DNA of 64,000 nt from Octopus vulgaris (GCA_951406725.2 OX597840.1:37572001-37636000); one strand, 5' to 3'. Shown: positions 13,157 to 26,401, counted from the stretch's first letter. Made by a program: numbers and translations. Notes: generated from the letters alone by a model not told the origin.

Positions 13157-14260
13157 TTAGAAATTCGAACTCAGAAACCCGGCTTCACCAACTTGATTTC
13201 ACAAACTTAGATTCGTAACAAATTCGGTGTTCAACCTTGTATTTCGAACATTGGAATGTCATAAAATCTGTCTTCACAAAATCGGGGATCAAAAATTATG
13301 GATTCCGAAAATTTGGATTTCATAAAGTCTCGCTTCACAAATTTGGTTTTCGAACCTTGGACCTAAACATAAATAAATCTAATGTCAAAGCAACCATTTA
13401 GACTAAAAGTTCATGACACAAAACGGCTGCCAGACTACATCAATAATTATAATTAAAAAACTAAATTGTCAAACAAAAAATCTTGGTTGCTTTAAATTCT
13501 CACAAAATTTCTTCATAAAAAACTTGCTGAGTAACCATTATACAAAATTTCCTGTTAGTTGTCTAATACAAAAATTTGGCTTCATGAAAAATTAATTCAT
13601 ACATCCTTTAGCTATTTATATAAATTTTAACATTTATTTTAACAGAAAATAGCTAGAAAAATTACTAAAAACCTGCCACAAAAGCAGGGATCGAAAATCC
13701 CATAAATATTATAACATATCTTAAAAGACTTTTTGTACTCACCTAAATGTGACAGAGAAACTATTTAAAATCCGGCAAGAAAAGAGTCCTGGCGAGTTCC
13801 TGGCGCGTAAAATAAATCCATAAATGCCTAACACAAAATACATAAACTAAACAAGCAATAGAGAAAAATTGTACATAAAACTGGTACGGGTACAATTACG
13901 AATTTTTAGTTTCGCAGTTTTGGCTAATAACACCTAGCTCCCCCTATTTTGACAGTGGACTTAACATTATACGTTAAACGTTTTAGAGGTGGCGAACTGG
14001 CAGAGTGGTTAGCACGCCGGACGAAAATGTGTAGTCGTATTTTGTCTGTCGTGACGTTGTGAGTTCAAATTCCGCCGAGGTCAGCTTTGCCTTTCATCTT
14101 TTCCTGGTCGATTAAATAAGTCCCAGTTACGCACTGGGGTCGATATAATCGACTTAATCCGATTGTCTGTCCTTCTTTGTCGCCTCTGTGTTTAGGCCCT
14201 TGTGGATAGTAAAGAAATATATACGTTAAGCGTTTTTATCATTTTCATAATTTCCTAACA
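12911..14260. mobile_element. Probable solo LTR containing a nested SINE and (TA)n
   Basis: Termini TGTTACGA...TCCTAACA; 4-bp TSD GAGC at 12907-12910 and 14261-14264; the RTE reading GISLRE|HIRN is restored on removal. Confidence 0.72.
13985..14219 (+). mobile_element. SINE S1 with TSD, nested in the LTR
   Basis: 17-bp TSD tatacgttaa(a/g)cgtttt at 13968-13984 and 14220-14236. Confidence 0.88.
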
Positions 14261-15006
14261 GAGCACATTCGAAATGCTATAATTTCGAATATGTTCTGAA
14301 TATACAAGTTTTGCTGGGCCGGACATGTCGCAAGGTTGAGAGACAACAATTGCCATGGGACAACCAAGAGATCGAAGATGGTAAGTTGGAAGGCGTCCAT
14401 GACGGTGGGAAGACAATTTAGTTAAGCAATTTCGGTCAATACTAAAAAGAACGAAGCAATCGAGACAGAATTGAAAGAATTGGGAGACCAACGAAAAAAA
14501 AAACAACCAGAAATTTCATTATATTCGTGCGCTCAGGACAGTAGATTTGTTTCAAGAAAAATAAGAAACTTCATGTGAGCAATGAAATATGGAACGACTA
14601 TAGGGAGGTGGCTGCAGATTTACCAAAGTGCCAAGAATTCTTTCCCATCCCAGTTACGAGAAAACCGATATTATAAGGTGGTGTGAAATAAAGTAAGTGG
14701 TGAAACTAGTCGAGTTAACGGTTCATCTTGATGATAACATGGACGCCACTGAAATTGGTTAAAAAGAGACGATGAATGATTGCTAGAAGAATATTGAGCT
14801 TTATTTGATAACCAGTTGATCTAGAAAGCGGAGGCCCTCATATCTGTACATTGATACCGTCGAGAGGTAGCTCCGAAACGACGCACATTCTTTCCTGATG
14901 ACCACATACACTTGCTGGCTTCCGGCATGCGGAGTTTTCGACTAGTAGCACCTGGGTCTGCAAGTCGTTTCAAAGCGTCTATATACATACATACATACAT
15001 ACACAT

Positions 15007-15060
<54 letters not shown>

Positions 15061-15154
15061 TTTTCTAAAGGGCCAATCAAACAAGTCCATTTCTTTTTAA
15101 AGGTGTAGCGTTTGTAAGAGTATAGATTGAATTAATATATATGTTCCATTCTAG

Positions 15155-15204
15155 CAAAAACTGTCTGATGAACGGCAACGAGAAACTCAGAGTAACAGAT
15201 TTTG
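15155..15204 (+). ncRNA. Hammerhead motif H4, in a short element (~15135-15230) ending at (TA)n
   Basis: CAAAA-a-CTGT-CTGATGA-aCG-GCAA-CGa-GAAA-CTC-A-GAG-TA-ACAG-a-TTTTG: extended helix I, weak helix II with a GNRA loop, near-palindromic helix III. Confidence 0.72.
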
Positions 15205-15225
15205 TTGAATTTTCTGCTGCTTAAA

Positions 15226-15290
<65 letters not shown>

Positions 15291-15613
15291 TACATATATA
15301 TATATATTATACGTATACACATATGTAAATAACAAGCTCAACACAGCAGAAATAAAAGACGTCAGAGAGAAAGTTTTGAATATTACACATTCTGCTAAGG
15401 TAATATGTTGTATGTAATGATGACTAAGCATAATTTCTCGACAATTGAGATTGAGAACAAATGGAGATATTATCCTGAGAAATTTAGGCAGTGGTTAGCG
15501 ATTTTCTTCACTACTTCAGGGAGTGATGAACCTGCGTGACACGACTCCCGGAGTCAGCTGGCTCCGTCTGACTGTACCCGGTATGGGCCCCTATCCAGGG
15601 TTACGGAAAGGAG

Positions 15614-15667
15614 ACAACCTTCAAAGATACCCGGAGTGGGTCCATTCCGGGTATCTTTGAAGGTTGT
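15614..15667. repeat. Near-perfect 54-bp palindrome
   Basis: 22-bp perfect arms acaaccttcaaagatacccgga/tccgggtatctttgaaggttgt around gtgg-gt-ccat. Confidence 0.95.
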
Positions 15668-15670
15668 ATT

Positions 15671-15705
15671 CTTTACTTTTCGAGTCCACGCTCTTCAACA
15701 GAAAG
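15671..15705 (-). ncRNA. Variant-core hammerhead-like motif H5 (family B, degenerate)
   Basis: Minus strand CTTT-CTGTTGA-A-GAGC-GTGG-aCTC-GAAAa-GTA-AAG. Confidence 0.45.
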
Positions 15706-15720
15706 GAATAAGTGGAAATA

Positions 15721-15757
<37 letters not shown>

Positions 15758-15759
<2 letters not shown>

Positions 15760-16528
15760 AATTGAGATAGGGGTTGTAAATGCAACCCTCCATGGGATGA
15801 CATATATTCAATATACTAACTGGAACCCGGACATACATATGTGCCACTTTGGATCCTAATGTAAGCGTTATTAATAATATTATGAACGATAATAATGGTA
15901 GCATTAAAGGTATTGACAACGATAATGATGCGAACTTTAATGACACTTTGGAAATTAGTAGGAAGTAATATAATGTACTATTGACTATGTATATTTGCAT
16001 CTAGGTACTAATATGTGTATATTTATTATCACAATATTAAGTTGAAAAACTGAAACATTGGATGTGGAACATATATATGTTTACTAATTTATATTATTTA
16101 TTTACATCATTATGTATATGTATATTTTTATATGTATAAGAGTGTGAGTATATGCACTCATATGTATATGTATATCTCCAAAGAGGCCTTATGATACTTT
16201 TGTAAATGTCTCATTTATATCTATATATTGGCCAACCATAAAAGGCTAATATTGGTAAAATGACTTATCTACATGGCCGAAACAGCTGTAAGTTGTTATC
16301 TATACTTATATTTATATTTACTTATATTTATATTCTCTTTTTTATATATATTCTACTTATTATACAACATTACTCTTTTATGTACATTCCTTTATGTACA
16401 CTGATTTGTTCTGCTTTTTTATGTTTAACCCTACAGTCTCTTATGTGGTGGTTTAATAAAGTATGTGATTGAGTATTATCTGGTAATTAATATTTGATTT
16501 AGATGTATTTCTCCATTTTCTTATCTTA
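15758..16528 (+). mobile_element. AT-rich element between (TA)n tracts with degenerate HHR H6 (16176-16292); probable PLE remnant
   Basis: CT-CcaAAGA-GGCC-~86 nt-GGCC-GAAAC-AGCT-GTA-AG; same helix III as H1 but two core changes. Confidence 0.45.
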
Positions 16529-16619
16529 TATATATATATATATGTATGTAGTGAGAAAGAAATGGAGATATTTACTACCGGCATACATACATACATTCAT
16601 ATATACATACGTACACACA

Positions 16620-16682
<63 letters not shown>

Positions 16683-16854
16683 TTAAATATTATTCTTGAA
16701 CAAATTTAATACCGATAATGACTTGGAATTTTCGGTCCCCTAAGCCATCATGGAAGTCATTGTAAAGACTAACCGTCTGACAAAATAATAAATTTATTCT
16801 CTACAAAAGTATGGAGTAACCCTTTAGGTTAATGTTGCATTACTATTATAACTG

Positions 16855-16888
<34 letters not shown>

Positions 16889-17934
16889 GTATGGATGTGT
16901 GGATGCACATGTGCATGTATGTGTACATGCACTTTAATGCAATGCACTGCTCTGCTACTAATCACGCTCGTATATAACCTCATAATTAAAAACATAATAC
17001 TTGAGCCGCCATATTCATTCAAGCGTTGACATTTCCACTAATTATAATTTGTCATCAACAAGTAGTCATACGCTAATCAAAACATACAAAGCCCAACCTA
17101 ACGTTTTTATTTTAATATTTTTTTCTCTTTTTCCTTTTTTTTCTTTTTTCTGTTACTGAATCAGTGATATCCTCCCCATTCGTCTATCCCGACCCCGTCT
17201 TCCCACTCACGTCAACAGTGATAATTCTTCCGCCGGGAATGCATAATCCATGTTATAATATTCCCTTCTATCAAACAAAATCACGGTTTTCCTTTCTAAA
17301 GAAAACTCTTTTGTTTTCCTTCACGAGTGTCGTCATATCCGTCTCCGAGCAGACAACGCAGACGCCGTCATTTTAATTACTCACACTCTGTTCAGTATTA
17401 ATTGGCATAATTAACCAGTGTTACAGCAATGCTTTATTATACGAAAAGAGAGACACCCTTTGTATTTCTATGAACGTATTATACACACGTCTTTTGTGTC
17501 GGACATGTATTTGTGTCTTACTAGCTACACACGTGTAGTTTATGGCATAATAACTTCTCTCTATCAATCGTTTGGCCTTCTCGATTTACTAAATCCCCCG
17601 TCTTTCTTTCTCTCCTTTTCTCCTTCTTTCTCTCCCACTTGTTGCTTTTGATAGAAGCCTGGCGTAGTTCTGACGTCGTTCATGTGATGCTTTGTCTTCC
17701 ATTTGTGCAGCCTGCGACGTTTCATTTGCATAAGGAGGAAAAGTGTATATACTCGGAGCTTTGCCATGGATCGTTGTACTTGTGGCTGGACACTGATGAG
17801 ATATACTCTAACACTGCATAACGTCTCTCCTTGTTATGTAATTATTTCGGCATTTTTATGACACACGTGTATGTCCTACAAAACTTTGAATTCCATATAT
17901 GTTCTCTCTTTATTATTTGTTTAAAGTATACATT

Positions 17935-18240
17935 TGACTCATACTTGTTTTCGTCATTTGAGTGCGGTCAAGCTGGGGCACCGTCTTGAAAGATTTTCGT
18001 CGAACAAATCGATTCCAGAAATTATTTTTTCAAGCCTAGTATTTTTTCTCTGTCTCTTATGTCGAACCGCTAAGTTACGAAGGCGTAAACACACCAACAC
18101 CGGTGGTCAATCAATGGTGGGTGGACGAACACAAAGACACATACACAGTCACACACACAGATACGTACACGATGGGCTTCTTTCCGTTTCGTTTCGCAAA
18201 TCCACCCTAAAGATTTGGTCGATCCAAGTCTATAGAAGAA
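17935..18240 (-). mobile_element. Decayed SINE S2
   Basis: Diverged match to the S2 3' half and middle. Confidence 0.75.
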
Positions 18241-18299
18241 CTATACTAGAATATATACTGAAATAAAATCGACTGCTCTCACAAACGAGAATACTTAAA

Positions 18300-18465
18300 A
18301 TGAACCTGAATCGGTCTCGAAAATTAAGCAAAATCACCGGAAAAATAATCCAGAATCCTTGTCCTGTACCGGATCGATCCCAAAATCACGAGGTTAAACA
18401 GCCTTGAAAGTTTCATCCGAATCCCTCGAGAGGTTCTTGAGATATCATCTCCACGGAGAAACAAT
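18300..18465 (+). mobile_element. Possible DINE-1/Helentron-associated (HINE) fragment
   Basis: aagtttcatccgaatcc...ggttcttgagatatc resembles the HINE core AAATTTCATCAAAATC...TTGAGTTAT. Confidence 0.4.
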
Positions 18466-18475
18466 ATCCATCTCT

Positions 18476-18551
<76 letters not shown>

Positions 18552-18574
18552 TTATCTATCTATCTATCCATATT

Positions 18575-18608
<34 letters not shown>

Positions 18609-18649
18609 CATCCATCCATCCATCCATCCATCCATCCATCCATCCATCC

Positions 18650-18709
<60 letters not shown>

Positions 18710-18720
18710 GTCTATCTATC
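18476..18720. repeat. (ATCT)n/(ATCC)n microsatellite
   Basis: Seen directly. Confidence 0.95.
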
Positions 18721-19381
18721 TGTTCGTCGATCTCTCTATCTCTCTATCTATTTTTGCCCGGTCGCTTTTGATCAGAATTTTACTTTCTTTGCTTATCCAC
18801 CACCCCCGTTTTTTTTTCATTTTCGGGAAGAAAAGCTCTACAGTTGTATTTGTTCCCTCTGTCTTCAGCCCTGTGTGGCCAATAAAGAAAGTTATCTATC
18901 TATCCATCTATCTATCTATTTATCTGTGCCTCTGTCTACCGATCTAGCCCTCCCCTACGCCACGCCGATACACTGAGAAACACACATACTGCGTGTGTGC
19001 ATGTAAGATTCTTCGATCTATATGTAATTATGTACGGGTGCTTTGTTTTTTGGAAACAATGAACTCAAGGAAATCCAGCGTAAATCAACAGCTTAAGTTA
19101 GTTGCACTTTTATTATTATGTACATCTATACCCATTCATATATGCCTGTATATACATGTGTGTATGTGTGTGTAGGTGTTTGTGTGTGTGTCCGTGTCCG
19201 TTGGTTCTCTATTCGTATTTGTACGTGTGTAGTTATCTTATATTGAATATTAATAATCTGAAAAAAGTTGTATGGAAACCTGTTCAAAATCGTATCATAT
19301 AATTAACATTGAAATATATGAATTAATGATTTTAAAATTAAGTTCAGAAATTCTTAAATGAAGATAACAATGATAAAAAAT

Positions 19382-19382
<1 letters not shown>

Positions 19383-19475
<93 letters not shown>

Positions 19476-19489
19476 TAATAATAATAATG

Positions 19490-19568
<79 letters not shown>

Positions 19569-19588
19569 TAATAATAATAATAATAATG

Positions 19589-19643
<55 letters not shown>

Positions 19644-19657
19644 TAATAATAATAATG

Positions 19658-19705
<48 letters not shown>

Positions 19706-19760
19706 ATAATAATAATAATTATATTAATAATAATAATAATAATAATAACAATAATAATAA
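19383..19760. repeat. (AAT)n microsatellite, ~380 bp
   Basis: Seen directly. Confidence 0.97.
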
Positions 19761-20187
19761 CCTTATTGTGATAACGATAATTGAGAAGGTTATTGAAAAT
19801 TTTTTTTGAACGCTTACGAGGGTGTTAAACCGTGGCGGGGGAGGGGAAGAAATAATGGAAATAGACTGGAGAAGAAAATAAGGAAATGTGACAGAAATAT
19901 ATGAAAGTCCATTATTTATAATAGCCGAAATGCGCTGAAATTAATGCAAATTATAATGAAATTCCTAATTACAACGGTGAATTATTCAAATTCAAAGAAA
20001 TGCAAGACTACACACATATGTATGTAAAATATATATATGTGTGTGTGTGCGTGTGAATGTGTGTATGTATGTATACATATATATATATATATTTATATAT
20101 AAATATATATATATATATATGTATATATATATGTGTATATATATGTATGTATATATATATATTCATATATATATATATATGTACATA

Positions 20188-20227
<40 letters not shown>

Positions 20228-20249
20228 ATTTTCTATCTTTTATCCTTTG

Positions 20250-20605
20250 CTTCTTTCAGCCATTTTTTGACTGCGGCCAGACTGGGGCACCGCCTTGGAG
20301 GGAGTTTAGTCTAATAAAGCAACCCTAGGAGTAATTTTTTTAAAGCCTAATACTTATCCTACCCAGTCATTGCTGAAACGTTAGGTTACAAGATGTAAAC
20401 ACACGAACACCGGTTCACAAGTGTTGATAGGCGACAAGCACAGATACAAAGAGACACACACACATACACACGCTCACATACACATACACACACACACACT
20501 CACACACACAAACAAGCTTCTTTCAGTTTCCGACCAAGAAATTCGCTCACACGGGCTTGGTTTTCCTGTGTCTATAATGTAAGACGTTTACCCTAGGTAC
20601 CATCT
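20250..20605 (-). mobile_element. Decayed SINE S2
   Basis: tttgactgcggccagactggggcaccgcc...gcttctttcagtttccg. Confidence 0.7.
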
Positions 20606-20613
20606 AATGAGAG

Positions 20614-20766
<153 letters not shown>

Positions 20767-20883
20767 TACATAAGTGTATATATATAGATAGATCGATCGA
20801 ACACAGGAAAGGTGTTAAGGGCTATATAGCAGTAGGATTATTCTCTTTCATGTGACTGTCACATTAAGTTGACAACGTACCAC

Positions 20884-20938
<55 letters not shown>

Positions 20939-20987
20939 AGAGAGAGATAGAGATAGATAGATATATATACATAATATATATACATAC

Positions 20988-21022
<35 letters not shown>

Positions 21023-21039
21023 CATATATATACATACAT

Positions 21040-21108
<69 letters not shown>

Positions 21109-21621
21109 CACATGCATAATACATACATATGTGTGTATGTATGTATATGTATCTATTCATTGGCTTTGAGAGAGATTTTCTTGGAGGCATGAAATTGTTT
21201 CTCTACATTTTAACATTTGAAAAGACTTTGCGTCATTCATTCACCGTTCAATCAATATAAACTTTCACTTAAGCAATGAGCTGCAAGTTTCCTATTGTCT
21301 AAAGATGTTAATTCAAACTGCTTATGTTTTCATTAGAAATTGTATCTGTTCATCAGTTGATCTTTGACATGGAATTCGCGAGATTTATCTGCTCAATTGT
21401 ACCACTTATTGCGCGTCTCTGCGTGCGTGTGGCTAGCAAACAACATGTTGCCACATATGTATATACATATACACACGCACATACATATATACACAAAACA
21501 TAATGCACATGCTCAACTATATAGTCTAAAGCACACAATGAGAGGCACACATGCGCCGTAAATATTTCCAATGCAAATTGATGTACCTCACACATTCTCA
21601 CGCATACGGATAATAAATATT

Positions 21622-21872
21622 AAATGCACCCTTTTAAAGCCTAGCCAGGCTCATGGGCCCGGCTTCCCGGTTTCAGTGGCGTATGTGTTCCGCAGCTGGA
21701 CAGGACGCCAGTCCATCGCAGCGTTACTAATTTTTGCCAGCTGAGTGGACTGGAGCAACGTGAAATGAAGTATTTTGCTCAAGAACACAACGCGTCGCCC
21801 GTTCCAGGAATCGAAAACGCAAACTTACGATCATGATGCTGACACCCTAACCACTAAGCCACGCGCCTCCCC
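21622..21872 (-). mobile_element. SINE S3, full length
   Basis: Ends ccctaaccactaagccacgcgcctcc; V-like domain ggacgccagtccatcgcag. Confidence 0.88.
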
Positions 21873-21952
21873 CACGGATACAGGCATATAAACATAAGCA
21901 TTCATATATATCCAGCATCAAACTTATATATGTACACACACATATATACACA

Positions 21953-22150
21953 CATGATAGACCGTTAGCTCCTACACGCATTTTTTTCTCTCCTTGTTTC
22001 TTTTCTGTGTATCTTTCTGTTGAAGAGCGTAGGCTCGAAACGTAAAAGACTTGTTCTATTTCTATTCCTGAGCGCCATACTAATACAATTGTTTGTTTGT
22101 AATTAACCTGCCTTCGTCTTTTGTTTATTTTCGTAAACCTTCCCGTTATA
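21953..22150 (+). mobile_element. Family B short HHR-like element (most complete copy)
   Basis: Homologous pieces at 15671-15726(-), 29822-29965(-), 52988-53075(+) and 53180-53300(-); 3' end cttcccgtta runs into TA. Confidence 0.8.
22012..22049 (+). ncRNA. Variant-core hammerhead-like motif H7
   Basis: TCTTT-CTGTTGA-A-GAGC-GTAG-GCTC-GAAAC-GTA-AAAGA: helices I and II intact, loopless ACGT helix III, U at core position 6. Confidence 0.62.
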
Positions 22151-22483
22151 CGTATATAAATGCATTTGAGTACGTGTATACAAATACAGGCATACGCTGA
22201 AACACATTAACACGCAAATAAATATACGTATCTCAATATACATCCACAGTCACACAGACATATGCTTATAAATAAAAATATTACTGCCAGTGACTCCAAA
22301 GTTTCATGCAACGTAGAACGATCGATCAGCTGGCCGAATAATAATGTTTAAGAATAATAAATTTGCACTCTTATATAATTGTAAAATAGCCCCTCAGATT
22401 AATATGAAATAAATTTTACGATGACTGATCATATAATTAGGACCTTAGGACATGTGTGTATATATACACACACACAGTCGTAT

Positions 22484-22905
22484 ACTCTTACTCACTTTTA
22501 CTCTTTTACATGTTTCAGTCATTTGACTGCGGCCGTGCTGGAGCACCGCCTTTAGTCGAGTGACTCGACCCCGGGACTTATTCTTTGTAAGCCCAGTACT
22601 TATTCTATCTGTCTCTTTTGCCGAACCGCTAAGTGACGGGGACGTAAACATACCAGCATCGGTTGTCAAGCAATGCTAGGGGTACAAGCATAGACACACA
22701 AACACATACACATACATACATATACATATACATACATATATAGGACAGGCTTCTTTCAGTTTCCGTCTACCAAATCCACTCACAAGGCATTGGTCGGCCC
22801 GGGGCTATAGCAGAAGACACTTGCCCAAGATGTCACGCAGTGGCACTGAACCCGGAACCATGTGGTTGTTTAGCAAGCTACTAACCACACAGCCACTCCT
22901 GCACC
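22484..22905 (-). mobile_element. SINE S2, full length
   Basis: Reverse complement of the 11199 and 29397 copies. Confidence 0.92.
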
Positions 22906-23330
22906 TATATACACACACACAGCCATATACACACGCTCAATGTATTGAAACATATCCATATATATACCTAGACGCGCTTAGACAGATCCATAATCGCATT
23001 CAAGCACTCTACCATCGAGCACAGGTTTATTTCTTCTTTCAGTTATAGTTTTTCTTCTTCTTTCATTGACCACTTTCACTCTCTCTCCCCTTGTCTCTCT
23101 CTATCATCCTCTCTTTCTCTCACTTTCACTCACAGAGATGCACACGGAGACACATAATTTGCTCATTAATTTTGTTGATCCTTCTGCTAATTAATCAACT
23201 TGAAAATTCCCTCACGATTTCAGCACTGAGAGTTGGTTTCCTCGTTCCACTGAACCAGTTGCTTGTGATTTTAACGTTTACATGGCCGACTATTTAGCAA
23301 TTATGTCTATTTATACGGAAGCATAAATAA

Positions 23331-23928
<598 letters not shown>

Positions 23929-24142
23929 GTAAACACACAAACACACATATATATATATGTATATGTATATATATATCAGTATACGCGTGCGCTCTAACAT
24001 ACTCACACACACTCACTTACACACGCACACACGCATCTATACGGAAGGAATGAGTGATAGTTAACTAGCCAGCGTGAGGAAGCTAGCTAGATAGATAGGT
24101 AGATACATACATACATACATACGTACATACATACATACGTAC

Positions 24143-24195
<53 letters not shown>

Positions 24196-24519
24196 GATGA
24201 ATCGATGGATAAATAGATACACAGATAAATAGATAGATAGATAAATAGATACATACTTACATATATACACACATAGATGGATCGATGGATAAGTAGATAC
24301 ACGGATAAATAGATAGATAGAGAGATGACTATGTATGTATGTATGTATGTATGTATGTATATAGGTAGGTAGGAAGGTATGCGGGTAGGTAGGTAGGTAG
24401 GTATTTAGAGAAGTAGATAAAAAAACATTCATGGAAAGGTAAGAAGTTAGATGGCTGTTAGTGAGTGTGAGAGAAAGATAAGATGAGGCGGAAGGAGTGT
24501 AGAAGAGAGTCTGTAATTG

Positions 24520-24665
24520 ACCCATGTGCTTGACCAAATGACCCCGAAAAGATGAAAAGGGCTGAACTGACTTCGGTAGATTTTGATCTCATAACGCGAA
24601 GATCTCGAACAAAAGCCACAAAGATTGCTTTCCGACGTTCCTAAGATTTTAGCAACTCGCCGATT
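24520..24665 (-). mobile_element. Decayed SINE S1
   Basis: gaccccgaaaagatgaaaagg...agcaactcgcc. Confidence 0.6.
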
Positions 24666-24666
24666 T

Positions 24667-24700
<34 letters not shown>

Positions 24701-24980
24701 ACACACACACACACACACAAACGCACACATACACACACATACATACACACACACATACACACACACATGCACACATACACACACACATACTCATACAAAC
24801 GGAAACAAATGCAGCTGCGCGTGCATGCAAGCAGACAGACATTGGCCTAGGTAGATATACACACTCAAAAATGTTCCTCACGATATTACAGGTATATACG
24901 TTACATAAATATCTATGACAACAGAGGCAATCTTGAAATTGCCTTCAGTAGATTTCTTACGTGTGGTACATTACGCATAA

Positions 24981-25011
<31 letters not shown>

Positions 25012-25287
25012 CGATAAACACTCACATATATTCACAAACACATCTATACATGCATAAATATGTATAACACAAACGCACATATAATATGCCGCGCAAACAC
25101 ACACACAAACACATTTATAACACGCTCATAGCATAAGAACATAAACGCACACACATCTGCTCAAATTTATAGCACACACATAATATACAACAAATACAGA
25201 CATAAATACACATATACTTATATACACACATTGATAGACACACAAGTACACACACGTACATAGATACACATGCACACACGCGCACAC

Positions 25288-25700
25288 CTATTTGTTTACA
25301 ACTCACAAGGGGCTAAACACAGAGAGGACAAACAAGGACAGATAAACGGATTAAGAGGATTATATCGACCCCAGTGCGTAACTGGTTCTTAATTTATCGA
25401 CCTCGAAAGGATGAAAGGCAAAGTCGACCTGGGCGGAATTTGAACTCAGAACGTAGCGGCAGACGAAATACCTATTTCTTTACTACCCACAGGGGGCTAA
25501 ATACAGAGGGAACAAACAAGGACAGACAAACGGCATTAAGTCGATTACATCGACTCCAGTGCGTAACTGGTACTTAATTTATCGACCTCGAAAGGATGAA
25601 AGGCAAAGTCGACATTGGCGGAATTTGAACTCAGAACGTAACGGCAGACGAAAGTACGGTTACGTATTTCGCCCAGTGTGTAACGATTCTGCCAGCTCGC
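25288..25700 (-). mobile_element. SINE S1 head-to-tail dimer
   Basis: 184-bp headless unit 25288-25471 plus unit 25472-25700; same junction as the 6411 dimer. Confidence 0.88.
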
Positions 25701-26161
25701 ACACGCGCGCACCGTCGCTCTAAAGAGGGCATTGATGAATTCCCATGCATATACGAATAACGAAAGAAGCAAAAAACACAAACCGCCAACGACCCAAACA
25801 TGCGCGTGTTTAACGTACGCACAAACAGGCACTGAGACATGTATTCGTGGTGATACATGCGCGCAATTGGAACAGAAATACATACATTTAATTACATAAA
25901 CTCACGCGTACAACACACAAACACACGCACACACACGTATATATGCAGATGTACTAACACGCGTCAACTCCCCCTACACACACACAAACACACACGCACT
26001 GACAGACATACACACAGACGCACTCACACGTAGGATGCACCACATAGGCCTGCACGCACTCACAGAGATGCTTACACAGGCATAGATATATATACACATA
26101 TACAGAAAAGTATTTCAACATATATGTGTGTGTGAGTGTGTGTGTGTGTGTGTGTGCATGT

Positions 26162-26205
<44 letters not shown>

Positions 26206-26299
26206 TTATGTACTTGTTTATATTTGACTATATAGCACCGCCTTTATATGGTATATATATATATATATCACCATCCTGCCGGATACTCGTAGCTTTTAG

Positions 26300-26399
26300 G
26301 TGTTTTCGCTCAATAGACACACACAACGCCCGGTCTGGGAATCGAAACCGCGATCCTCCGACCGCAAGTCCGCTGCCCTAACCATAGGCCATTGCGCCT

Positions 26400-26401
<2 letters not shown>
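26300..26401 (-). mobile_element. tRNA-derived SINE head (S3-related)
   Basis: Minus strand ggaggcgcaatggcctatggttaggg...ggtttcgattcccagaccgggcg. Confidence 0.7.

Larger units (their letters stand above)
11760..14480 (+). pseudogene. Old RTE LINE (RT to 3' end) split by a microsatellite, a MITE and a solo LTR
   Basis: Collinear remnants IPICCF, FTALL, NSTVLP | LYANET*TTTK..LSTTQGYMERSIVGISLRE | HIRN..KFCWAGHVARLRDN that rejoin when the insertions are removed. Confidence 0.75.

Noticed and set aside
14857-14885. CCGTCGA-GAG-GTAG-CTC-c-GAAAC-GAC, resembling family B
   Set aside because: No NUH triplet, no helix I, and no family B flanks
15523-15571. Box C (GTGATGA) and box D (CTGA) pair
   Set aside because: Too short for a typical C/D snoRNA and no recognisable guide sequence
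17793-17815. CTGATGA hits here and at ~14895 and ~37109
   Set aside because: No helix II followed by GAAA; expected by chance
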